Assembly (NCBI GenBank): GCA_036172245.1
Contig: JAYWIR010000016.1
Location: forward strand, 2,728,001 to 2,792,000
From: Raillietiella orientalis
Taxonomy: Eukaryota
Reading direction: 5' to 3'
Length of the DNA stretch: 64,000 nt
The translations under genes were made by a program, and so were the position numbers. Every line of letters begins with the position of its first letter. Positions within the stretch are counted from its first letter, which is position 1. Below the pieces are notes generated by a model. That model was not told the origin of the DNA. It searched no databases and saw only the letters and a list, made by a program, of their open reading frames with translations. Of this stretch, positions 1 to 11,270 are shown piece by piece.

Positions 1-99
1 CAACGTCTGCTTTCTCGGACTCTTGCAGGAAGTCTTTCGCACAGCACTCGGAAATTCCTCCTCATCAGAAGGCTTCTCTCTGTGGGGAGGGGGGTATTT

Positions 100-800
100 T
101 TTCCTCTTCTTCTTCTTTTTTCCTCCTAATATCAAACTCAGAAGCCTTCCGACCAGCGGTTTTTCCCGATCTCCTGATTCTTACATCGTTGCTGCAGCTG
201 ATAAAAGCGAAAATGATCCTAAGATGGGGAGCCTTGCTCATCATAAGACGAGCCAATGCGGCCTTTAGCTTGGCGACTTTGCCCGTGCTCACAGGGAGAT
301 CAAGAGTCTGCAGAGTTTTGTCGCGACCCGTTTCTCTCTTTCGGCCCACGTGTTGAACATCCTTGCCTTCCAAAAGAAACTACTCAGGGCGTCATTCGAA
401 AAAAAAGGAAAAAGGAACATCGAGGTTCCGTCTGGAGGCCCGAGTTTGTTATCGCCTTCAATGAAGTCAAGAAAAACTTGCCTTTCCATCTTCGCCAACT
501 ACGGCAATGGCAGACCAAACTTTGTGACTTGCACTTAGGAGGCGAGCCCTCCGCGAAAGTTTGCAAACGGCCAAAGGGGAGCTCTTTTTCGTGAGGAGGA
601 AGACTGTGAGATGAGTTGCACCGCCCTTCGGCGGGAGCTGTGCTCCACTGAAGGCAGTGGCCAGGTGATTCCGTCATCACCCACCTGGTTCTGAGGAGGG
701 GCACTGAGGAGTCAAAGAGAAGCGGGTATTGGGAACCAAGGTCTTCCTCACTCTTCTGGCACCCGGTGAAGATTCGAAACTTGCTAACGATCGGATCTGA
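100..800 (+). mobile_element. Degenerate non-LTR retrotransposon RT fragment in intron 5 of paralog A
   Basis: Decayed RT motifs occur in the correct order across frames: DPKMGSL (PKKGDL), RASFEKK (QxGFRK), FVIAFNEVKK..WQTKL (AFxDxKKAFD..LWxKL), NG..F..VRxxC (GVRQGC). There are short nucleotide matches to 56970-57210. Confidence 0.4.
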
Positions 801-1230
801 CCTCGTATCCCCAGAGGAAGGTGACGAGGCAAAGTCTGCACAGACATGGAAAAGACGACCCCAGAATCCATCTGTGTGAGCCGAAACCCGTCATCAGCAC
901 GCAGTCGAAATGCAGCGGAGAGGGAAATATTCGAGGGCGCTCTTGCTGAACACCCAACCACCTCTGCAGGCACCAACCGATGGAGCGGGATGCTTTGGCT
1001 GAGCTGCTCTGAGCGCTCACGACGCATCTCTATAAGAGTCATGGAAGTCCGTGGTCCGAACGGATGTTCCTTCACAAAGAGGAAGTGTGGTTTCTTCACA
1101 GGGCACCGGAACCTCCCACTAGGGCACACTCCACTCATTCGAAAGGGAGAACTTTCGAGGCAACAAGCGGTGAGCATGATCACCGGCGCACTGCTACAGA
1201 TCGCTTTTATGCACCGTGCGCGAGTCTTAC

Positions 1231-4200
1231 CGTACACCCGTGACGACGACAGTCCTCCCAGTAGTTGGACACGGAGAATTTCTTCCTCAGGACGACCGTG
1301 CAGCCGTTGATTAGGGCCTGTCCCGCTCCCAGACAGCCTCCGGCAGTATGGTACAATGGAAGGGGATCGTAGATGACGTCATCCTCCTTCAGCAGCTGCA
1401 TGTTGTAGATCGCCCCAACGATCATGATGAACCTGGAAGGGGAAAGGGGGGAAAGAGAGGTGGGTAGACTACGTTCCCTTGCGCAGGATGCCAACCTAGT
1501 CCCACAAGCCATACCTCGAATGACTGAGCACGGCCGCCTTGGGCATCCCAGTGGTCCCCGAAGTGAAAATGTACAGCAGCTCCTGTTTCAGAGAAAGCTC
1601 TACGTTTGGCTTCTCCTTGCTGGCAAAAGCCATCTCCTTGTCAATGGACACGGCGTCCACGTCACAGGGGCCTTCTCCGGAGACGAAGAAAGGGAAACCG
1701 GCGCCCAGCTTGTCTTTAATGTGTTGGACAGCTAGGAACGATGGCTCCGTGAGCAGCGCCATCCTCAGCTCCCTCTTTCTCCTCTTTTCTACCCTCGCTG
1801 CTTACCGGACGCAAGCTCGAACCCGAAGATCAGCGCCTGGCATCCGGCAACCTTGATGCAGTGCTCCAGGGACCCCTTCCACAGCTGCGAATTGATGAGC
1901 GCCGAGACGACGCCAATCTTGGCGAGCCCCAGCCACATGCACACGAATTCGGGTCGGTTCCCCATGAACAGACCGACGACATCCCCTTTTCTAAATCCTC
2001 TGGAAATGAACAGGTTCGCTACCTGGTTGCTGTACTCGTCGACCTGCAATCGCGGAAGCGGACAGTGTGTCGTCCTTTCCCTCCGACCTTCCCCGAATTA
2101 CTTTCTCGAATGACCACTGCTCATCGTGGAATATAAAGCACGCCTTCTTCGGGTGCTTTCTTGTCCACCAGTCGAAGAGCTTGGGAACGCTGGAGTTGAA
2201 AAAGACGCACTTCTTATAGAACAGCTGGAGCTTGAGATACCGGTATCCTGCCCTGGAGACGAGATAAAGCAGGAGCAGGGATGAACAAGCGAGAGAGTTC
2301 CTCTTCTTCCTTCTCCTCCCTTCCCCCCGCCATTCGTCGCTTCAGAAGATTTCCCTTGGCAATCTCGCCAGTTACGCGAGAGGAGAGGAAGAGTGAGGAG
2401 GAGGGAGGGACCTCAAAGCGGTACGTGGAAAAGGCAGAAGAAGAAGAAAAGAGAACCGCCTGTCTGTACGCCAAGACAGAAGGTCGTGATGAGCACGGGG
2501 GCAAAGGGTCACGATCGTCGCTCTTGCCCTCTCCTCACGTAGCCTTTTCTTCCGTCCACGGGTAAACGCTATCATGGACCTGCCTCCTTCCCCCCTCCTC
2601 CCTTTCAGCGACGAGGACGCGGGCATGGGGCACGGACGGTGCCGCTCAGAGACAGGCGCAGGAACGAGGATCGAGGGTGCTATTTATAGAACGTATTTTG
2701 AAGGGAGAAGTGTGGAAGCGAAAGTAGGAGGTTTACACCGCTCGTCGTGCGGCAACCGGAGCGTCTGGGTCATCTGCAGGTACCCTCCTTTCCGAACCGG
2801 CTGCAGCAGAACGCGAGAGGGCAGAGGAGGCAGAGAACGGGTGCTCGTCCGGACCCTCCACGGCGACGGGGATCGCGGGCATCGAACCACAGCATCCGAT
2901 GCCGGTCACCAGGTGGGTCACGTCTGGGACAAGAAGAGGAGAATCGCAAAGAGCAGCGCGCACCTACCGACCTCTTTTCTGTCTACGGCAACAGCAGCCG
3001 AGCCGCTTCGTCGTAGCCGGCGCGCACCCTGGCACGAGGTGCCCTTCCGTGGAGACGAGGCGCCCACAGGCACACCCCCGTCAGTGAAGGAAGGCGGAAA
3101 TCAGTGCAGACGCCTCCACCCAGCGCCCGAAGCGTCGTTGCTTGAGGGGATGGAAGACGCACCCTTTCCTTCCCGAGAGGAGGAGGAAAAAGCCCCCTGG
3201 GTCGCGTTCTGCGTCTCGGAGGAGCGGAGGTGAGCCATCCGAACCCCCGTGCGCAAAGGGAAGGAAGGAGGGAGAGGAGGTTGCCCTGCTGCTTCGCCGA
3301 GAAACCCTTCCCCCCCTTTCCTCAATGGGCGCCTCCGCGTCGGCAGCATGAAGAGCAGTCGATCCTTTTGCGGCGCACGCGCGGGCGGGCTGCAACTCCC
3401 CTCGGGCGACTTCGCCGCCGCCGAGCTCCCCCAGCGATAGCGCCACCTTCGGCGCGGGGAGACAGTAGGCCCCTAACGTGTTCCCCCCCCTCGGGAGGAG
3501 GATGGCTGTCGCGGTGTGCTCGCGGTGCACTGTGGGGAGGAAAGGGAGAAAGGCCAGCCCGGGCCTCCAGGCGAATTTCGCAGAGCTGCCGCGGAGCGGC
3601 GCTAGAGACTCTAGGACCTTCTCCCGACAGTCCTGTCTTTCTCCTCTCCCCCGGCAGGGGAGGAACGCGGAGACGCCAGGCTTTCACTTACAGAAAGCAC
3701 GGGCGGGGGCGAATGGCGCAACGTCGCGGGGCCCGTCGTTCTCGTAGGAAGATGACCAGTCGCAAGCATGACCTTCGCTTTCGCCTCCTCTCCTCCTCAC
3801 CCGCTCCCCTCGGAGGGGGAGGGGACGCGTCAGCAAGTGGCCGTTCCTTGGAGGTAGGGGGGCGATGGGAAAGGGGACAGCAGGCAGCAAGCGAACCCCG
3901 GCGACTTGGGGCGCCATGCGAACGGCCAGAACCCACGTTCCCTCCCTCCCCACACCACTCTCCTCCTTTCATCCTCCATCGCCCGCCACCGCACCTTCTT
4001 CGTGGGGACGGGTGGGGAGGAGGAAGCGCCACCGCGTGACGCAAGAGGGGGGGGGGAAGGAAGCGGCATCTCTCCCCCGTCTCGAGAGGGAAAAAGGAGG
4101 GGCCCCCCACACCAGAGAATAGGCGGAGGAGACGCAGGAGCAGCGCAGGGGTGGGCGGGTGGGATGAGCGTCGCGCCCCCTCCTTTGGGTTTACCTGAGG

Positions 4201-4313
4201 TCCCGGGGGAGCGTGAAGACGGCGAGGCGAAGCCACCGGTGCCACCCGAGGAGGCCGCCGACCAGGACGGACGCGAGCAGCACGGCGAGAGCGACGAGGT
4301 CGGCACCGCACAT
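1231..4313 (-). CDS. Fatp: FATP paralog A, long-chain fatty acid transport protein / very-long-chain acyl-CoA synthetase (SLC27A1/4-like); 5' portion only (exons 1-5, 309 aa), continues past window start. Exons: 4313-4195, 2252-2102, 2043-1806, 1731-1515, 1432-1231
   Basis: Spliced frame with GT-AG introns and consistent phases. It reads MCGADLVALAVLLASVLVGGLLGWHRWLRLAVFTLPRDLR, then GDVVGLFMGNRPEFVCMWLGLAKIG, the AMP-binding motif YIFTSGTTGMPK, and IYDPLPLYHTAGG. Exon lengths 151/238/202 are identical to the other two paralogs. Confidence 0.93.
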
Positions 4314-4359
4314 CTCCGCTCCGGCCACGACGCACTCCGCCTCGCGCGCGCGAAACCCA

Positions 4360-4408
4360 CGACGACGGCGACGACGGCGACGGCGACGCTGACGACGACG
4401 ACGGCGAT
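4360..4408. repeat. Imperfect (GAC/GGC)n trinucleotide repeat in the probable 5' UTR of paralog A
   Basis: gacgacggcgacgacggcgacggcgacgctgacgacgacgacggcgat, seen directly. Confidence 0.8.
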
Positions 4409-5420
4409 GCCTACAGCTGCAGGCAACCGGAGTGTCCGCCAAACCCGCGCGGTAAGTTCCGGCGCGGCCACGGAGGCCGGCGGAATGTGCCGCCGAGTCG
4501 GCGAGAGGGAGCCCGCGCGCGCTCCCGAGAGAGGGAGGGACGGAGGGGAAGGAAAGGAAAGAGAAAGAGAGGGGAGAGAGGGGGGAGAAGGCGGCGTGCG
4601 CGCGAGAAAGTAGGTTTTTACGCGCGAGCGCGGCCGTGGCGGGTTCCACCCCCCCCCCTCCTCCTTCTCCTCCGGTTCGGGCCGGCGGCGACGGACGCGT
4701 CCTCCCCTCTTCTTCCCGGACCCTGGAAAAGGGGGAAGGGTCCAGGATTGGCGTTGGCGCTCCCGGTAGGACCTTGCCTTCGCCCTCTTTCTCCCTGCGT
4801 ATGCGCGCTCCCCGCCCTCCGTCGATGCGCTGTTGCCGGGACGGGGAGTGATGCTGCCGGCTGCCCTTCCCTCCCCCCCCCCCTTTCGGGAAAGGTTTTC
4901 CCTTCTTCGCTGCCTCCTCCTCTTCCCTGGAGGTGTTCCGTCTCCGCCCCGCGAGGCATCCCCGCTGCAGGAAAGGCGAAGGCTCGCCAGGAGCGGTAGC
5001 CGGCGGCGGTGTGCGAGCGCGCACCGCCACGCTCCTTTTCCTCTCCCGGACCTCCCGCCGAGGCGAGGCCGCCTGTTCCTTTCCCCCCCCCCCCCTCCCC
5101 TCCCCGACCCTCTGCTCCGTGGGAATCTCTTCCAGATGTGCGAGCTCCGCTCGGGATGGGCCTGCACGCGAGGCTCGGGCGAGGTCGGGGGGGGTCACTC
5201 ACGGGCTCGGCCGGAGAAGGAGGAGGCGGCGGCGGCGGCGGATGGGGCGAACCTTTGCTCTCTCTCTCTCTCTCCCGTCCGGGTAGAGGGCGTTCCTGTG
5301 GCGCGCGCGCCTTGAGCGAGGCGGCTCGACGAAGAGCCGCGCACTTGGCGGCGGGGCCCAGCCAGGCCTTGGGAAGGATTCTACGCACTATGCGGCTCGC
5401 CCTGCGCCTTGAGCGAGGAC

Positions 5421-5455
5421 GCGCATGCGTCACACGCAGGGCGTGACGCATGCGC
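5421..5455. promoter_or_regulatory. Perfect 13-bp inverted repeat with NRF1/Ewg-like and CRE half-site motifs; candidate promoter element of paralog A
   Basis: GCGCATGCGTCAC-N9-GTGACGCATGCGC. It lies about 220 nt upstream of a minus-strand GTGAGT donor (5202) that could splice to an acceptor at 4411/4410. Confidence 0.45.
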
Positions 5456-5914
5456 CCGTTCGGCTACTGCGCGTGTGCGGACGAACGACCTCCTGTCTGC
5501 CTACAGCCCCAAGTCGGGGAGGCGCTGGCACGGCGCGAGTGGCAGCCGCGCCGGATCTGCAAGCGGCCACGTGCGCAGTGCGCCCTGCTATTTGTAGACT
5601 CGGGACGTCTCCTCTGGATGTCCGCGAAGACAGAGGGCGTTGCGCGCAGTGATCGCGTGCGACAGTGTGAAGATGTCGGCAGCGCCGCAGCTTCCTTGGG
5701 CGCACATACCCACATGGGGCTCCTCCTCCTCCTCCATGGATACGAGGAAGGACGCCGGGGAGATCCTCGCGACCCCTCTCTCGTGGCCTTCGCTGCGCAC
5801 GTTCTTCAGAGGTACGCGCGTTCCTCCACTGCCGAGCGTGGACTGCTGCTGCCGAAGCGAGACAAACCCTTCATCATGCCCCTATTTCTCGATTGCCCTT
5901 CCCCTTCACCCCAC

Positions 5915-7870
5915 TCACATCCTCCCCGTTCCTCCCCTTCGCCGCCAGTACGGATTGTCTCTTACCGCCCAGCCCGCTCCTCCTTCGGGCCTACGTTGAC
6001 GGGACCGCATGGCTGCGAAGGTCTCCGCGCGCGTGGCACTGGGAGTCACGGGTTCGAATCCCGCCTCAGGAAGAAGCGTTAGCGATGCCGAGAAATGGTT
6101 GGAGTCGTGGGTTTCAAGTTCCCCCCTCCCTCCCCGTAAGATGACGCTGATCAGCCCATTCAGGTGCGTCACCTGTGGAAACCGGACACCACCCGTTGAC
6201 TGGTAGGGACTGGAAGTTGACCTACTAAGGTCCTTCCAAGAATCACGGAGCCGATTCCCTCCAGGATTCCCCTCCAGTTGTCAAAACGGAGTCCTCCATC
6301 CCCTCAAAGAGTGACCCTCTATCTCGTAACATGAAGCTCCAGAGCACAAGAAGCGCGCTGCTCAAAGAGCGGCCCCTTCAGACAAACTGGGGAGCGTCCC
6401 TTCGGGGTTCTCTTTATAGGAGTAAAAACAGGGAACGGTTCCCTTGCCAGGGTTTCCTCCGTAGGAGGAATTCCTGGTGCAGACCCTTCCAGGGTTCTCT
6501 CCGGAAAGAACGAGGAAGAGGAGGCTTTCACTTCAGGGCTCCCTTCCAAGCGTGAGAGGAACGGACTCCTTCCTCCGGAGCCCTTCCTGGATTCATAGGG
6601 TAGTCCCCTTCTCGGGGTATCCCCTATAAATTCAAGAGCGGCACGCACTCTTTCGGGTGGCGTTGGTGGTGCTTCAAGAGTTTCGTGAGCGCCTCCCTAA
6701 GAGGGTGGGCAGTTCTCTGGCACACCCTGAGAACCAAAAAAAAACAAAAACAGCTGGAAGGGAAGCAGCGAAAGTGGAATAACCCGGAAGGATTCCCGTT
6801 TTTTGTCTTTTTCCCCTCTCGGAGGTCTTTCCCGTGCCGCAGCACTTTGGACCACTGAGGGAAGGAGCGGCTGGCAAGGAGTGGGGCTGGAATGGGGTAA
6901 AAGAACAGCCGCTTCCACGAGGACCGAGCGGTGTCGAGGTCATGACCTCAGCGAGGGTCAGAAGACCCCCGTTAGCAGCCTTCTCCCGCGATTCTCTCTC
7001 CTCCTCCTCCTCCTCCCAGGTCCACCGCTGCTTCCCATCATCCCACCTCGTCCTCCGTGCTGCTAGCCCCACCCGTCCCGGCACGAGGACCGACCTACTA
7101 GGAGCCCCTGTGGCTGCAGCATTCCGGTGACCAGGGAAGGGAGGCGCAAGATGATTTGTCCCCCGGGAACGAGGTCATCCGCGCAAGGAAGAGCACCCTA
7201 ACGCCGCACCGGGGCGTGGACGCCGGCCACGACGAGGCGCAGAAGGTCGGCGAGTGTAGACGTCTCGGCAGCGCTGGAAAGGAGCCGGAGGCGTGCTCAG
7301 GGTCGCTCACACGATTTTCCCGGCAGAGTCTCCTCCACGGGGAAGGAACGAGCGCGCGTGGCGGCTTTAGACTTCTCGGGACCCCACCGCTGGCGTCCCT
7401 CACCCCCCCCCTTCTCCTCCTCTTCCCTCTGCTTCCCTTCCCACCTTGGCCTGTCCGTCCTTTTCTTTCTCTTCAAGCTGGACCGAAGTTCCCGTCTCTC
7501 TCCGCGCGGTCCAGATGCCGACACCTACGGAAGGACAGCAGTGCCTCTTCAGGGAAGATTTCAGATAACGGCACCCGCCCTTCTTCCTTTCCTCTCGTGA
7601 ACTCTTTCTGCTTTTTCCCCTCTCCCTTTTTCCATTGTTGTGAGTTTCCGGAGGGAGTCACGGGGTCGCCTTCCGACGCTCGGAGACCTCTGTTTGCCTT
7701 GCGCGACTGCCGCAGCAGCGACGGCTGCTCTGCGCTTCCCGTCTTCACCATCTTCGGCCACGAGCTGCTGGCAGAATCTGAGCAGGGCTGGACCACCACT
7801 TTTCACCTCCTGAGCACGGAAGATGGGTGGGGCGCGTCGAGCGCGCTCTCGATGACTGCGAGCGTTCCTG
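5915..7870 (-). mobile_element. Degenerate RTE-like LINE, RT core to 3' end (copy 1 of the family with the antisense tRNA-like tail)
   Basis: Minus-strand remnants in order: EVKSGGPALL, EIFPEE..SFRRCR, TPRCGVRVLFLA (GVRQGCVLA), KLLKHHQRH (LERFHQRC), REP*SESLLFLVLSGENPGR. Segment 5915-6554 aligns by eye with 10647-11270 in inverted orientation. Confidence 0.55.
6002..6070 (+). pseudogene. tRNA-derived (Leu-type-looking) A-box/B-box module, non-functional as tRNA
   Basis: TGGCTGCGAAGG A-box-like and GGGTTCGAATCCCG B-box/T-loop. There is no acceptor stem or proper anticodon arm. Confidence 0.65.
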
Positions 7871-8799
7871 CGCTCCCTAGCGGAGGCGATATGGAAGATG
7901 GGGTGGTCCGTGGTTGCTAGACTGCTGCTTTGGCGGCACGTCCGTGGGCAGCCGCAACCGAGGGGTCCCTCCGTGCACGCGGAGCCCTAAACAACGACCT
8001 CATCCCGAAGGGTGACTTGCGTTTGGACAGTGTGCAACCCACGAGAGGGGAGGAAGGAGGGAGAGTCTCCCTGGATCCACTCCCAGAGATCGGGACTGGA
8101 GACGACGACGCTCTCGGTTTCCACAACTCGGGCCGGCGGCTCCCCCGCCGAGGAGGCATCGTGCGTTCAGCCTTCTGGCGCGGCAGGCAGCCACCCTCCT
8201 CTCCTCCTGGGGAATGGGTCCAGCACGCACCTCTCTCCCCAGCCATCGCAGTCCCTCGGCGGAGTTGTCTCGTCGAGCGGCACTCCGCGCGCCACCTTGC
8301 GGTTGCTACCATCTGGGAGCTCTTCCAAAGGTCTCCCCTCCCTGGCGGACCCAGCAGGAGGGCCTGTGAGCAGGCTGGGAAGGAGGAGGCACGAGATGTC
8401 ACGATGGAGACGGTGTCCCGCTTTCTTTTCGGACTCATTCGCGACGGGCTGCACCACCACTACTACCACCTCATCGGCAGAAGGAGGATTTCCCTCCTGT
8501 GAAGCTCACCGCCAAGGAAACGGTGGTCGTTATCGTGGTCTCCTCCGGTCCACGCTGCACCACCACCACGGGGCGCGGCTAGCTACACGTTTCCCTCCGT
8601 CAATGCCACCCGGTTGCACCCGGGACGTCTACTTTTTAACACGAAAAGATAAACAGGCGGCAGGCGGTGGGACTTGAGGTTCCACCAAGTCCGACAGTCC
8701 GTAGGGGGGCGACCCGACGAAATCCACAACAACACGGAGATGTTGAGGGATTAGAAAATAAGAAACAACAGGAAAACAAAAGCTGCCTCTTGAAAATTG

Positions 8800-9300
8800 G
8801 GGGGAGGGGAGGGTGATTGCATCCCGCGATGTGAGGTCCTCTGCATCCTCTGCAGGATGCTGGCGTCCTGCTCTTGGCAATCTGGCAGGCAGTTCCACCT
8901 CGCCGAGACCCGAAGGAAACGGAAGGCGAGGAGGGTGGTGGCTCCCCTGTCGTGCCATCCACTCTCGGCGTCCTTCCTGGAGGCGAAGGCCTCTCGCGGA
9001 CAGCACGGAGTCTGTCCGCGCGAGGTGGACTGACTCCGTTGCTGTGGCGGCAGCGGCAGCTGGCGACCGGGCATTCTGAGCACGAAGAAGTTTCTTCGGA
9101 AATGTTCACTGGGTTGTCCGCAGGGGAGGAGAGCGGAGGAACGTTCTCACACAGTGCCCGCAGGGCGGCACACGCCACGAGCAGACGGGAGAGGGGGGTG
9201 CAAGGTTGCTTCTTCCTGCCCGCACCTGGCCGCAGCTGGCACGGATGCTTCCCCTTGTCCAGCGGTGGCACTATCGCGCGTTGCACGGGAGAGATCCCAG
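8800..9300 (+). mobile_element. Degenerate non-LTR RT fragment
   Basis: LCRMLASCSWQSG (LFNxCWxxG), SCHPLSASFLEAK (NYRPISLLxxxxK), EMFTGL (EQxGF). Confidence 0.35.
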
Positions 9301-9549
9301 CGCAACATCAACAGCAGCGCCCACCGCTGCCACCTGAGGGGAAGGAGCGAGTTCTTCACGACCACCGACGGTACCTGCATCTCTTCCGGTAGGATGCCAA
9401 AGAGTCCCCCCCCCCTCCCGCGAACGAGTCCTCTGGAAGGGGTGGGGTGGTTGCACGCTCCTCTTGCGACCTCCTCCTCCTGGTCGGAAGATGCAGCGGT
9501 TCCGGAGCGGGAGCGATTCCCTTTCCCGGTTTTGGAATGGACTGTACGG

Positions 9550-11270
9550 GCGCAACCTCGGCCGACAGCGGAAAGAGAAGATCACGACGTGCGGGAACGA
9601 GAAGGGGTAAGAAGAAGAGCTGGGGGGGTGGGATGGATGGTTCCCACTAGTCGAGGGGTCGGTACCTTTTCGTGGACCGGGTACGAGGGGGTGAGAAGTA
9701 CGCGGGCACTTCCTGGGGCGGCCGCCCGGGAACGTGGGGCGTTCTCGCGTGCAGAAAATGAGGGGCGTCCGCCGCCTCCTGGCCCTCGCTATGCGCGCCA
9801 GTCTATATCTCTGCAGCGACACAGCACGGAGGGTGAGGATGGAACCTCCCGCTGAGACGGGGTCGCCTCCTTCCTCACGGTTCGGCTCTCCCGGGGTTTA
9901 TCCGTGCCGCCCTTCTGCGCTCCTCCTCAGCCGCCCGCAGGTGGATGGGCAAAGACCGCTACACCATGAGGACATCTTCGGCGAGCCCTAAGGAGACGGG
10001 CGGGCCGTCCGCTCTCCTCGCTCGAGGGATGCGCTCGCCGACACCCTCCTCGTCTTCGAAGATTCTCTTCGAAGGGCGGAGCAGATGCAATGGTCATCGC
10101 CTCTCTCCGGCCGAGCTGTCAGAGAGAGGAGGAAGGGAATCTACGGATCTGGTAGTTCCGCGTCCCATCAGTTCCGCAGATAATAACGCCCAGGAGGATG
10201 CTGTGGCTGTCCTGAGGATCCCTCAGCGACAGGGAGGGAGAGATCCACCGGCGAAAGTCGCTCTAAATGGCGGACCATCCTCCCCTCTTCCCCGTACGCC
10301 AAAGGAAAATCGAATAGGGCGCTCCATTCGATGCGCACTGAGAATTTAGTGGTGGGGTGGATTCTCCACGCCTCCCACATTTTTCTGTTGCCTTGCCAGA
10401 GGGATGCTTGGCGGTCGTTCGTCCCCGTCGGTGACCCAAGACGGCTCAGAGCGCTGTGATCGCTCCGACTGTGTTGCACGTCGAGTAGTGGAGCTCATCT
10501 TTCTGCTCGGGAGGCCGGGTCCGGTCGGGACTCTCAGCCATCTCCTGAGATGGGAGTTTCGCTTAAAGGCCGCCAGCTTCTGACTTTTTTTCATTTCCAA
10601 GTGGTCCAGTCTCTCTCGGTGGTGTGAGGTGGCGACACCCAAGGACCACGCTTGGAAGGGAAACCCTGAAGGAAATCACCTCATCCCCATTCTCTCCGGA
10701 GGAACCCCCAGAGGGAGTAGCTTCATTTTTTCTTCTCTGGAGGGACCCCTGGCAAGGGAACCCTGATTCTTTTCCTCCTCTGCAAAGAACTCCAAAGGGA
10801 CGCTTTTTCAGTTTCCCTGAAGGAAGCAGAACACTTGGACACTCCGAAGAGTCCACCAGCTCCATGGTACGAGATGGAGGATCCTCCCCTCGTGGTGAGG
10901 GGACTCCCTTTTCCCAACCGGAGAGTAACAATCCAGAAGGGAACCGGCTCTCACTGATTCCTGGAAGGACCGCGGAAGGACCACTTCCAGTCCCGGCCAC
11001 TCAACAGGGGCATCCGGTTTCCACCAGTGCCATACTCGAATAGGCCAGCCAGTCATCTTGCGGAGAGGAGAGGGGGGACGCACTCCTCCCATTTCTCTGC
11101 ATCGTCGATGCTTCTTTTCCTGGGCGGGATTCGAACCCGCGAATTCCGGAGCCATGCGCGCGGAGACCGCCGCAACCACGCAGTCCTGTCACCACGAGGG
11201 CCGTCGTCAGGACGGGTTGCTTCGTCGTCACGCGAATCGTTGGTTGCGACGCTCGCGGATGGATGTGTAC
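9550..11270 (+). mobile_element. Degenerate RTE-like LINE, RT core to 3' end (copy 2 of the family with the antisense tRNA-like tail)
   Basis: Remnants in order: GV..ASLY..RVR..GVYPCRPSALLL, LPCQRDAW..RRLRAL, VRWRHPR..RETLKEI..PEG..WRD, TW..RWRIL. Segment 10647-11270 is the inverted homolog of 5915-6554 (shared blocks include ggttcccttgccaggg, gggactggaagt, tggaaaccgga and tcccttccaagcgtg). Confidence 0.55.
11117..11186 (-). pseudogene. tRNA-derived A-box/B-box module (second copy)
   Basis: The minus strand reads GGACTGCGTGGTTGCGGCGGTCTCCGCGCGC...GCGGG-TTCGAAT-CCCGC, a perfect 5-bp T-arm with canonical loop. There is no acceptor stem. Confidence 0.7.

Noticed and set aside
25..75. Hammerhead ribozyme core (CTGATGA..GAAA on the minus strand); also checked near 43880 and 58635
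   Set aside because: No proper stem II closing onto GAAA and no stems I/III.
560..800. Initially read 560-800, 16405-17260 and 56775-57245 as a second tRNA-SINE family
   Set aside because: The shared blocks are better explained as homologous RT coding segments (GVRQGC to YADD region) on the plus strand.
3684..3790. Strong minus-strand donor (GTAAGT) in intron 1 of A as an alternative first exon
   Set aside because: The nearby ATG is in a frame incompatible with exon 2, and there is no TLxRD-like motif.
2574..5451. Many overlapping long ORFs (200-445 aa) rich in R/P/G/A
   Set aside because: Expected from very high GC and few stop codons, with low complexity and no recognisable domain. Only the last 40 codons of 4191..5198 are real (exon 1 of A).
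6002..6075. Functional tRNA genes at 6002 and 11186
   Set aside because: Only the A/B boxes and T-arm are present. There is no acceptor stem or anticodon arm, and both are embedded in a longer repeat.
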